From: Candidatus Omnitrophota bacterium
GTDB lineage: Bacteria > Omnitrophota > Gorgyraeia > Zapsychrales > JANLHA01
Assembly: GCA_020632535.1 (NCBI GenBank)
Contig: JACKFJ010000002.1
Span: forward strand, 318,331-382,330
Direction of reading: 5' to 3'
Length of the DNA stretch: 64,000 bases
Made by a program: the position numbers and the translations under genes. Shown here one piece after another: positions 28,174 to 36,394 of the stretch. How positions within the stretch are numbered: position 1 is the stretch's first letter; every line of letters begins with the position of its first letter. The notes below the pieces were generated by a model. It was given only the letters and a program-made list of their open reading frames with translations. It was not told the DNA's origin and ran no database searches.

Positions 28174-28683
28174 GTGGCTAAAGTTGTTAGAAAAATTTCG
28201 AATGAAACTGCTCGTATTGATCCCAAAAAAGCTGTCGTCTTTGGTTCGGATGCGCGGACGCTTAGACAAATTTGTGATCAGTTGGGGAAGAAACATCTGC
28301 GTGTTTGGTCGCTTAGTGATGAGAAACAATTGTTGGCCAAACTCAATGAGGCAGATCCAGATTTAATATTTGTAGAAATCAACGCGACAACATATAAGCC
28401 AATCGATAAGATTGTTGGTGATATTTTTATTTGGATGCGTGCGCGTGCGCGAGCGATCAATAAAATTCTCGAAAGCCCTAGTCAATATCTTTGGCAGCGG
28501 TCGAAAGTTATTCTTTTTAAAAGCGACAGTGAGATAACTGCGACTGGATCATTGTCGGCGGATGTCGCTGATATCGATGATGTTGTTCGACAATGTTCAT
28601 TTTATGGCGACGTGAAGTATATTGGGCTTTATGCGCCAATGTCATTCATATCAAAGATTAGACCATTAATTGATTCAATTTAA
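28174..28683 (+). CDS. Hypothetical cytoplasmic protein, paralog A (receiver-like layout)
   Basis: GTG start. 169 aa. No signal peptide. Aligns along its full length with the next ORF. Confidence 0.6.
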   Translation: MAKVVRKISNETARIDPKKAVVFGSDARTLRQICDQLGKKHLRVWSLSDEKQLLAKLNEADPDLIFVEINATTYKPIDKIVGDIFIWMRARARAINKILESPSQYLWQRSKVILFKSDSEITATGSLSADVADIDDVVRQCSFYGDVKYIGLYAPMSFISKIRPLIDSI

Positions 28684-28694
28684 GGACGAAGTTT

Positions 28695-29195
28695 ATGGAC
28701 GCAGATAAAGAAATATCAAAGGAGCCATTGCGAGCGCTTATTTTTGGTTCTCAGGCGGATCAAGTGCGACAAATGTCAGATCAGCTGACGAGGAAAAAAA
28801 TTGTGGTTCGTGCCGTTCTTGATGAAAAACTGCTTTTGTCGCGACTGTCTGAATTTAATCCGGATTTGATATTCATTGAAATTAACGGTGTCACGCGCAG
28901 CCCTGTTGAGCAAATTGTTAAAATTGTTTTCTTGTGGACAACGAATTACGCTCGCAAAGTCAACAAGGCTCTTAATAGTCCTTCGGCGCGTCTGTGGACC
29001 AACGCGAGAGTTATTATGTACAAAAGTGATGTGGAAGGCGACATCGCTAATCCGGCGGGAGTCACAATTACGGATCTTGATGAGGTTTTATTCAAATGTA
29101 AGGAAATAGGCGATATTAAGTATATTGGACTTTACTCTTCATGGTCTTTTTATTCTAAAATTGAACCTTTATTGGTGGCTGATAATGCTCATTAA
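28695..29195 (+). CDS. Hypothetical cytoplasmic protein, paralog B (receiver-like layout)
   Basis: ATG preceded by AAGGA. 166 aa. Shares FGS, PDLIF(V/I)EIN, (I/V)(L/M)(F/Y)KSD and GD(V/I)KYIGLY blocks with paralog A. Confidence 0.6.
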   Translation: MDADKEISKEPLRALIFGSQADQVRQMSDQLTRKKIVVRAVLDEKLLLSRLSEFNPDLIFIEINGVTRSPVEQIVKIVFLWTTNYARKVNKALNSPSARLWTNARVIMYKSDVEGDIANPAGVTITDLDEVLFKCKEIGDIKYIGLYSSWSFYSKIEPLLVADNAH

Positions 29196-29721
29196 GAAAT
29201 ATTTCATTATGATATTTGTTTGTGTGGTTTCATTCCTGAGTTTGTCGGGGTGCGATTTTATTTATAGTATTTTACAAAAAGAGGGAGCGGAAGAAAAGCA
29301 GATATTGGGGCCAATTGTCCCGATGGAGGCCAATGAGCAAGTTCGAAGAGTTCAGATTCTTTTAAAACTCTATGGTTATAGTGTTGGGAGTCCCGACGGG
29401 ACTCTTGGACCCAACACGCGCATTGCAGTTGGTAATTTTCAAGAGGATAATAACTTAAAAGTCACGCGTTTTGTTGATAATGAGACGTGGGGGCGTTTAA
29501 TCTTTTTTGAAGATATCGGGTTGATCAAGGATAACGAGATTCATATTCTTGCAGTACAAAAAGCGTTGAAAGCGGCAGGGTTTGATCCGGGCAAAATTGA
29601 TGGGCGTGCTGGAAAAAATACGTGGGAAGCACTTAAAGCTTTTCAGAAAGCTAAAGGACTTAAGCCCGACGGGCGTGTAGGCTTGAAAACCATGAGGGAA
29701 TTAGCACAGTATCTTGTTTAA
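29185..29721 (+). CDS. Lipoprotein with two peptidoglycan-binding (PG_binding_1-like) repeats
   Basis: The ATG at 29185 gives MLIKKYFIMIFVCVVSFLSLSGC (lipobox). Repeats VQILLKLYGYSVGSPDGTLGPNTRIAVGNFQ and VQKALKAAGFDPGKIDGRAGKNTWEALKAFQKAKGLKPDGRVG. 11-nt overlap with paralog B. Confidence 0.75.
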   Translation: MLIKKYFIMIFVCVVSFLSLSGCDFIYSILQKEGAEEKQILGPIVPMEANEQVRRVQILLKLYGYSVGSPDGTLGPNTRIAVGNFQEDNNLKVTRFVDNETWGRLIFFEDIGLIKDNEIHILAVQKALKAAGFDPGKIDGRAGKNTWEALKAFQKAKGLKPDGRVGLKTMRELAQYLV

Positions 29722-29730
29722 TCTTTTCTT

Positions 29731-29759
29731 TTGACATTGGTTTGGCGCACATGTATGCT
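29731..29759 (+). promoter_or_regulatory. Sigma70-like promoter upstream of sucC
   Basis: TTGACA (29731-29736), 17 nt spacer, TATGCT (29754-29759). Confidence 0.5.
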
Positions 29760-29797
29760 TTTTAAAACTTAGATAAAGATTTTTTAATAAATTTCTT

Positions 29798-30931
29798 ATG
29801 AAAATCCACGAATATCAAGCGATACAACTTTTTAAGAATGTTGGCATACCAACGCCCGGCGGTGAGACCGTATCAACATTAGATGATGGTTTGGCGGTCG
29901 CGAAACGACTTGGGTTTCCTGTTGTTTTAAAATCGCAGGTTCTTGTCGGTGGACGCGGCAAGGCTGGCGGTATCAAGGTTGTTAATAATGATGTGGAGTT
30001 CAAAGAGCATTTTATTCGCATCAGAGCGTTAAAGATTAAAGGATATTCTGTTGAGAAGATTTTTATTGTTCCAGCTGTTGATATCAAAAAGGAATTTTAC
30101 GCTGCTGTCGCTATTGATAATATTAAATCTGACGTTGTTCTGATTGTTAGCGCTGAAGGTGGTGTTGATATTGAGGAAACCGCCAAAAAGAATCCACAGG
30201 CTATTAAGAAGTTCTATTTAAACGGCCAGAAAACAATTGATACGGCTCGTTGGCCAGAATTTGTTAAAAGTATTTTTTCTGACGAAGCAGATCAGAAAAT
30301 CGCCACGGGTGTTTTACAAAAGCTGCTTGCCGTTTTCTTCACGAATGATTGTTCAATCGCGGAAATTAATCCACTTGTTAAAGATGCAAAGGGTCAGTGG
30401 TTTGCGGCGGACGCAAAAGTCAATTTTGATGATAATGCTATTTTTCGACATGTTGAGCTTGAATCCTTGCGTGATCTTTCGTATGAAGACGCGGATGAAA
30501 TTGAAGCTAAGAATTTGAATTTGAGTTTTGTAAAGATGGATGGGACAGTAGGCTGTATTGTTAATGGCGCGGGGCTGGCCATGGCGACGCTGGACACGAT
30601 TAAGCTTCTTGGCGGCGAACCAGCTAATTTTCTCGACGTTGGAGGGAGCTCAAATTCAGCCAAGGTTTTAAACGCATTAAAGATTATTCTGCGTAATAAA
30701 AACGTAAAATCAATTTTAGTCAATATTTTTGGTGGAATTACGCGTTGTGACGATATTGCTAACGGTATTATTGAAGCGCGCAAACAGCTTAATATTCAAG
30801 TTCCCATGTCTGTGCGTTTGATTGGGACGAATGAAAAAGAAGCCGCAGAAATTTTAAAGCGTGAAAACATTATTTCGCATCCGACAATGCGTTCCGCGGT
30901 TGAAGAAGCCGTAAAATTAGCAAAAAGATAA
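29798..30931 (+). CDS. sucC: Succinyl-CoA synthetase (ADP-forming) beta subunit or a close acyl-CoA ligase homolog
   Basis: [23 protein letters not shown]-grasp [19 protein letters not shown], and [32 protein letters not shown]...[10 protein letters not shown]. Confidence 0.85.
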   Translation: MKIHEYQAIQLFKNVGIPTPGGETVSTLDDGLAVAKRLGFPVVLKSQVLVGGRGKAGGIKVVNNDVEFKEHFIRIRALKIKGYSVEKIFIVPAVDIKKEFYAAVAIDNIKSDVVLIVSAEGGVDIEETAKKNPQAIKKFYLNGQKTIDTARWPEFVKSIFSDEADQKIATGVLQKLLAVFFTNDCSIAEINPLVKDAKGQWFAADAKVNFDDNAIFRHVELESLRDLSYEDADEIEAKNLNLSFVKMDGTVGCIVNGAGLAMATLDTIKLLGGEPANFLDVGGSSNSAKVLNALKIILRNKNVKSILVNIFGGITRCDDIANGIIEARKQLNIQVPMSVRLIGTNEKEAAEILKRENIISHPTMRSAVEEAVKLAKR

Positions 30932-30933
30932 TT

Positions 30934-31800
30934 ATGAGTATTTTAATCGATAAAAACACGAAGTTGCTTGTTCAGGGCATTACTGGCCGTGATGGTTCAT
31001 TTCACGCGCAAAAAATGCTTGAGTACGGCACGAGTGTCGTCGCGGGAGTTACGCCCGGTAAAGGCGGACAAGATGTCGCTGGTATTCCAGTTTTTAATTC
31101 TGTGGCAGAAGCGAAAGCCAAAACCAACGCTAATACTGCGGTTATTTATGTTCCGGCAAAGTTTGCCAAAGACGCGATTTTAGAAGATATCAAAGCAGGT
31201 ATTGATTTGGTGATTTGTATTACGGAAGGTCTTCCAGTTTTGGATATGGTTGAAGTTATGCGTGAGTTGCGCAATACCAAAACGCGCTTGATTGGCCCCA
31301 ATTGCCCGGGATTGATTTCTCCAGAAAAATCTAAGGTTGGTATCATGCCGGGTCATATTCATAAAGCCGGACCGATTGGTGTTATTTCTCGTAGTGGGAC
31401 ATTGACATATGAAGTGGTTGATAATTTGACGCGTGCTGGCATTGGGCAATCAACATGTATCGGTTTGGGTGGTGATCCAATTATTGGAACTCGTTTTACA
31501 GATATTTTACAACTTTTTGAAGATGATCCGGACACCAAAGGTATTGTTCTCGTTGGTGAAATTGGTGGTGAAGATGAGCAGTTGGCTGCGAAATATATTA
31601 AGCAACATATTAAAAAGCCGATTGTCGGTTTTATTGCAGGCAAAACCGCTCCGGAAGGTAAGCGCATGGGACATGCTGGCGCGATTATTTCCGGTGGGGA
31701 CACGACTGCTAAGTCAAAAATTGAAGCTTTAGTTGGTGCTGGGGTCACAGTCGTTGACTTCACAGACGAAATTCCATCGATTTTCAAAAAACTCCTCTAA
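30934..31800 (+). CDS. sucD: Succinyl-CoA synthetase alpha subunit
   Basis: [30 protein letters not shown], and the phosphohistidine loop [11 protein letters not shown]. Confidence 0.9.
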   Translation: MSILIDKNTKLLVQGITGRDGSFHAQKMLEYGTSVVAGVTPGKGGQDVAGIPVFNSVAEAKAKTNANTAVIYVPAKFAKDAILEDIKAGIDLVICITEGLPVLDMVEVMRELRNTKTRLIGPNCPGLISPEKSKVGIMPGHIHKAGPIGVISRSGTLTYEVVDNLTRAGIGQSTCIGLGGDPIIGTRFTDILQLFEDDPDTKGIVLVGEIGGEDEQLAAKYIKQHIKKPIVGFIAGKTAPEGKRMGHAGAIISGGDTTAKSKIEALVGAGVTVVDFTDEIPSIFKKLL

Positions 31801-31842
31801 AATTTTGCTTTTCCCCGTCTTATCTGTAAAATAACAATTACT

Positions 31843-32940
31843 ATGAAGAAAATTAAGAATATCTTTATTTCCTCGATTTATCAAAATGCGGGAAAGACTA
31901 CGGTTTCTTTAGGACTTTATAAGATTTTTCAAGAACGTGGTCTTAAACCCGCGTTTCTTAAACCAGTGGGTCAGCAAACTGTTAGTGTCGGGCAAGCCGA
32001 TGTGGATAAAGACAGTTATTTGATGGGTGAAGTTTACCGCTGTCGCAAGCAGCTTAAAGATATGAGCCCAGTTACAATCGGCCCGGGTTATACAGAACAA
32101 TATATTTTCAATCCGCAGAATGAATTGTTGCGTGATAGGATTTTATCGTCTTTTAATCGACTTACGAAAAGAAAAAATTCCATCATTATTGAAGGCACGG
32201 GCCACGCCGGTGTTGGATCGGTCATAGATCTTTCGAATGCTGACGTTGCGCAGATGTTAGGTTCAAAGGTTTTAATTGTTAGTGAAGGTGGAATCGGTCG
32301 TAGTATTGATGAGATTATGCTGAATAAAGCACTTTTTGATACACGACAGGTTGAAGTCGTTGGTGTTATTCTTAATAAAGTTCTTCCTAATAAAATGGAA
32401 AGGATTAAGAAAGTTGTTGCTGCCGGCTTAAAGCGTAAAGGTCTGCGGCTTTTAGGCGCGATTCCTTTTGATCCACTGTTGCGCGACCCTACCATTGGAC
32501 AAATTATGCATTTTTTGAAACTTGAAACTCTTTGCGGCAAGGAATATCTTTCTCGACGTGTTCAAAATACGATTGTCGCTGCTATGGAACCGTATAATAT
32601 GGTCAATTATTTAACCAATGGAACGCTTGTTCTTACGTCGGGTGACCGAGTTGATAATATTCTTGTCGCGGTGAGTACGCATCTTGTTACGCAGGGCAAT
32701 AAGGATCAGATCGCGGGGATCATTCTCACGGGTGGACTTATGCCGAATGCTAAAATCATGGAGCTTTTACAAAAAAGTCGTATTCCTGTTTTCCTTTCGA
32801 ATGAAGATACGTACACCGTCGCTGGTAAAATCGATCACCTTATCTGTAAAATTCAAAAGACTGATAAGGATAAAATTACCGAAGCTCGTCAGATGGTCAA
32901 AAAGTTTGTTGATGTCGACGCAATCATAGCTAATTTGTAA
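31843..32940 (+). CDS. Phosphotransacetylase N-terminal-region-like protein (BioD/AAA-like plus DRTGG-like domains) without a PTA catalytic domain
   Basis: The N-terminus IFISSIYQNAGKTTVSLGLYKIFQERGLKPAFLKPVGQ resembles the N-terminal regulatory half of long Pta proteins. VLTSGDRVDNILVA fits the DRTGG region. At 365 aa the protein is too short to include the catalytic domain. Confidence 0.6.
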   Translation: MKKIKNIFISSIYQNAGKTTVSLGLYKIFQERGLKPAFLKPVGQQTVSVGQADVDKDSYLMGEVYRCRKQLKDMSPVTIGPGYTEQYIFNPQNELLRDRILSSFNRLTKRKNSIIIEGTGHAGVGSVIDLSNADVAQMLGSKVLIVSEGGIGRSIDEIMLNKALFDTRQVEVVGVILNKVLPNKMERIKKVVAAGLKRKGLRLLGAIPFDPLLRDPTIGQIMHFLKLETLCGKEYLSRRVQNTIVAAMEPYNMVNYLTNGTLVLTSGDRVDNILVAVSTHLVTQGNKDQIAGIILTGGLMPNAKIMELLQKSRIPVFLSNEDTYTVAGKIDHLICKIQKTDKDKITEARQMVKKFVDVDAIIANL

Positions 32941-32948
32941 TTACTCTT

Positions 32949-34127
32949 ATGCCTGCCAGTTTATTTAATAAAGAATCGATTTATATTCTTGATGCTGTTC
33001 GTACGGCTGTCGCTAGTCCTTTCAAAAGTTTAAAAGATTTTTCTGCGGGACAGTTGGGTGGGTATGTCATTGTCAATCTTTTGAAACGTCAGAATTTTAA
33101 TCCTGCTTTGGTTGATGAAGTGATCTTCGGCAATACGGTTATGGCGGGCAATGGACAAAATTCTGCTCGTCAGGCCAGTATTCGTGGTGGACTTTTACCG
33201 TCGACGACGGCTTATACCGTCAATAATGTTTGTGGTGCTGGCTTGCAGTCGGTGATCTTGGCGGGTCAGGCGATTTATTCTGGTACAAGTCAATGTGTGA
33301 TTGCCGGTGGCAGCGAAAGCGCAAGTCGTACGCCGCAGCTTTTTTCTAAATTGGTTGAAACACCTTTTGATCAGCGCGATCCGGTTGATAGTTTGCTTTA
33401 TGATGGATTGTGGTGCGCCTTAAGCGGCAAGCATATGGGTGAATTATGTGAAAAGCTTGCCGGGAAAGCAAAGATCACTCGGAAAATGCAAGACAGATAC
33501 TCCTTGGAAAGTCACCGCAAAGCTGCGATCGGAAAATTTAATAAGGAAATAATTCGTGTACCCTTCGCGGATGGTAAATTTTTTTGCGTCGATGAGCGTA
33601 TTCGTCGACGAGTTGGCATTGAGAACTTTGAAACTTTACCGCCAGCTTTTGTGGAAAACGGCACAATAACTTCCGGAAATTCTTCAGTTCCTTCTGATGG
33701 GAGTGCGGGTGTTTGTGTTGTGGGGGAAAATTTTGTCCGTACGCAAAAAGTTAAACCTTTGGCGCGTATTTTGGGTTATGCTTCAATTGCTGTTGAACCA
33801 CAGCTGACTTTTTCTGCTGGTGTTCCAGCCATTGAAGTGTGTTTAAAGACATGTAATTTAAAACTCAAAGATATTGATCTTTTTGAAGTGAGCGAAGCTT
33901 TTAGCGCGCAAGCGATATTCACAAGAGATACATTAAATATCCCATCAGATAAAATTAATATTTATGGCGGTGATATAGCGTTAGGACACCCATTGGGCGC
34001 GGCCGGCGCGCGTATTTTGGTTACCCTTGTTCACGCCTTACAAACCGAAGGGAAAAAATTGGGAATGGCAGCGATTTGTTACGGCGGCGGTGGAGCTATG
34101 GCTATGATCATTGAGAATTTGCAATGA
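32949..34127 (+). CDS. Acetyl-CoA C-acetyltransferase (thiolase II)
   Basis: Active-site Cys in VNNVCGAGLQS. NIYGGDIALGHPLGAAGARIL. C-terminal AAICYGGGGAMAMIIE. Confidence 0.9.
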   Translation: MPASLFNKESIYILDAVRTAVASPFKSLKDFSAGQLGGYVIVNLLKRQNFNPALVDEVIFGNTVMAGNGQNSARQASIRGGLLPSTTAYTVNNVCGAGLQSVILAGQAIYSGTSQCVIAGGSESASRTPQLFSKLVETPFDQRDPVDSLLYDGLWCALSGKHMGELCEKLAGKAKITRKMQDRYSLESHRKAAIGKFNKEIIRVPFADGKFFCVDERIRRRVGIENFETLPPAFVENGTITSGNSSVPSDGSAGVCVVGENFVRTQKVKPLARILGYASIAVEPQLTFSAGVPAIEVCLKTCNLKLKDIDLFEVSEAFSAQAIFTRDTLNIPSDKINIYGGDIALGHPLGAAGARILVTLVHALQTEGKKLGMAAICYGGGGAMAMIIENLQ

Positions 34128-34834
34128 TAAATAATACAAATTTTTTTATTAACAATCCGATTTTTGTAAAATTTAAGAAGCGTTTTGATTTTTTGACACT
34201 TCGGTCAGTTCCGGTGTTGAAATCGGTGCATATTAATGAACGTATTGTTGAAATACCCTTTGCAATTTCGTCTGTGTCACAGTTGCCAAAAGGCGCAAAG
34301 GTTTTAGATTTGGGTTGCACGGAAAGTCCTTTGCCTTTGCAGTTGGCTACTTTGGGTTTTCAAGTTACGGGATTCGATTTTAGGACATATCCGTACGCTC
34401 ACCCAAATCTGACTTTTGTTCAGGGCGATATGACAAAACTTCCTTTTGATGATGAAAGTTTTGACGTGGTCTTGAGTATTTCGACGTTAGAGCATATCGG
34501 TATTGGTTTTTATAAGGATCCGAAAGAAATTGATGATGCGGATAAAAAGGCTTTAGGCGAAGCGGTGCGGGTTTTAAAACATAATGGGCTTTTTATTTTA
34601 ACCGCGCCTTATGGTATTGCCAATCGAACGGATCAACAGCGTATTTATGATGCAAAGAGTCTTGATGAGTTGCTTTCGCCGTTTAATATTGAGACAATTC
34701 GCTATTTTAAGTCCGCTCAATTGGATCAATCTGTGGGAAATACGTGGATCGAAATTACTAAAACGGATGCTGCCGCTATTGCCAGCCCAAATGCCACGAC
34801 ATGCGTGTGTTTGGTTCGTGCCAAAAAACAATGA
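34124..34834 (+). CDS. Class I SAM-dependent methyltransferase
   Basis: ATGA overlap with the thiolase gene. Motif I VLDLGCTESP. Post-I FDFR. DVVLSISTLEHIG. Confidence 0.7.
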   Translation: MINNTNFFINNPIFVKFKKRFDFLTLRSVPVLKSVHINERIVEIPFAISSVSQLPKGAKVLDLGCTESPLPLQLATLGFQVTGFDFRTYPYAHPNLTFVQGDMTKLPFDDESFDVVLSISTLEHIGIGFYKDPKEIDDADKKALGEAVRVLKHNGLFILTAPYGIANRTDQQRIYDAKSLDELLSPFNIETIRYFKSAQLDQSVGNTWIEITKTDAAAIASPNATTCVCLVRAKKQ

Positions 34835-34868
34835 GTAAATCGAAGGCTTTCTGATAAAATACCCCATT

Positions 34869-36122
34869 ATGACTGCGACAAAAATAGTAAAAAAATCTAG
34901 GCTTCCTATAAGTTCTAAACTGAATATTTCTCGTGAAGAAGAGTTGAAAATTCTTCGTCGCATTGTTGATATTACGTGTTCAGATTTGGGTTTGAGAGGA
35001 ATTCTCGATGAAGTTGTCGGCATTGTCAATGAAATGACCAAGGCGGATTCAATTTTTATTTATTTGTTTGAAAGCGGCAAGAAGAGTTTGGCGCTTATGG
35101 CGTCCAAGACCGGTTCCAAAAAGATTTTGGGAAAAATCAATTTGCGCGTCGGCGAAGGGATTACTGGCTGGGTCGCGGAGCACAATAAGCCTGTCGCGAT
35201 TACAAAAAATGCGTATCAAGATCCTCGCTTTAAAGGTTTTGATGTCCTTCCAGAAGATCGCTATGAAGCTTTTCTTTCGGTTCCGATTATATATAAGGGA
35301 AGAGTTAGCGGCGTTATCAATGTCCAGCATAAGCGACCGCATGAATATTCTGTGGGTTCGGTCAATCTTCTTAATACCATTGCTAAGCAGGTTGGCGGTG
35401 TTATTGAGCATGCTCGGTTATTTGAAGATACCAAACAGAAAGCCAGTCAATTTGACAGTCTCGTTAAGGTAAGTCATTCTATTACGTCAGAGCGCTATCT
35501 TGATGAAATTTTAAGTTTGATTGTAGTTGTGACCGCAGAAATGCTGAATTCTAAAATTTGCTCGATTATGCTTTTGGATGAAAAGAGCGAAGAACTTAGA
35601 ATTAAGGCGACACAGAGTTTGAGCGAAGAATATAAAAAGAAGCCGAGCGTGAAAGTTCATAGTAGTTTGGTTGGTGATGTTGTTAAAACTAAAAAACCTT
35701 TGATTGTCACCGATGTTCGCGAAGAAACACGCTATGTTTATCGCGATTTGGCGATTAAAGAAAATCTTTCGTCAATGGTCGCGGTGCCGATGGTTGTTAA
35801 AGATAAAGCGATAGGTGTCATTAATGTGTATACGAAAGAGATGCATCAATTCTCTGATGAGGAAGTTAATGTTTTGCAAATGGTCGCAAATCAAGCTGCC
35901 GTTGCCGTCGAGAATACCAAGCTTGTTGAGGAAGCGTCTAAGACTCGCGAGGCTCTCGAGACGCGCAAACTTGTTGAGCGCGCTAAAGGCATTTTGATGC
36001 GTATGAATAGTCTTGATGAAGAAGCGGCGCATCGTCTTATTCATAAAAAGAGTATGGACACTTGTAAATCGATGAAAGAAATCGCGGAATCGATTATTTT
36101 GATGGATGAATTCCGAAAATAA
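34869..36122 (+). CDS. GAF-GAF-ANTAR RNA-binding antiterminator-type regulator
   Basis: Two GAF-like modules (GEGITGWVAEHNKPVAI...SFLSVPIIYKGRVSGVINV, and a second ...MVAVPMVVKDKAIGVINVY). C-terminal ANTAR-like helices ALETRKLVERAKGILMRMNSLDEEAAHRLIHKKSMDTCKSMKEIAESII. Confidence 0.8.
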   Translation: MTATKIVKKSRLPISSKLNISREEELKILRRIVDITCSDLGLRGILDEVVGIVNEMTKADSIFIYLFESGKKSLALMASKTGSKKILGKINLRVGEGITGWVAEHNKPVAITKNAYQDPRFKGFDVLPEDRYEAFLSVPIIYKGRVSGVINVQHKRPHEYSVGSVNLLNTIAKQVGGVIEHARLFEDTKQKASQFDSLVKVSHSITSERYLDEILSLIVVVTAEMLNSKICSIMLLDEKSEELRIKATQSLSEEYKKKPSVKVHSSLVGDVVKTKKPLIVTDVREETRYVYRDLAIKENLSSMVAVPMVVKDKAIGVINVYTKEMHQFSDEEVNVLQMVANQAAVAVENTKLVEEASKTREALETRKLVERAKGILMRMNSLDEEAAHRLIHKKSMDTCKSMKEIAESIILMDEFRK

Positions 36123-36150
36123 ATATATTCAATACATCTTTAAAAAAAGA

Positions 36151-36179
36151 TTGACAAAATAATATTGTAAGCATATACT
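36151..36179 (+). promoter_or_regulatory. Sigma70-like promoter of the amtB-glnB unit
   Basis: TTGACA (36151-36156), 17 nt spacer, TATACT (36174-36179). Predicts a leader of about 210 nt. Confidence 0.55.
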
Positions 36180-36189
36180 TTCAAAGTCT

Positions 36190-36243
36190 CTAAAGGCGAC
36201 GAAGTCTTTAGGTGGAGTATAAGAAGTACGGGCAAAGATGTCC
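36190..36243 (+). promoter_or_regulatory. Two hexaloop hairpins in the amtB leader (candidate ANTAR target)
   Basis: P1 is CTAAAGGC (36190-36197), loop GACGAA, GTCTTTAG (36204-36211): 8 bp with one G.U. P2 is GGGC (36230-36233), loop AAAGAT, GTCC (36240-36243). The P2 3' arm overlaps the 5' arm of the downstream terminator. Confidence 0.4.
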
Positions 36244-36289
36244 TCTAGTAAGCCATTGATTGGTAATGGTTGCTGGGGGATTTTTTTTT
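36241..36289 (+). terminator. Strong intrinsic terminator inside the amtB 5' leader (attenuator)
   Basis: TCCTCTAGTAAGCCATT (36241-36257) pairs with AATGGTTGCTGGGGGA (36265-36280). About 16 bp with one bulge and some G.U pairs, loop GATTGGT, followed by nine T (36281-36289). Lies 105 nt before the amtB ATG. Confidence 0.7.
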
Positions 36290-36394
36290 GACACAGGCGA
36301 TGAGGCCTATCGTAAGTCAGCCTAAAGCTTCAAAGGCGTCATGGATTTAGGGATAAGAACAAGTTAATCGTTTCAAAGCAAAGGAGAATGTACC

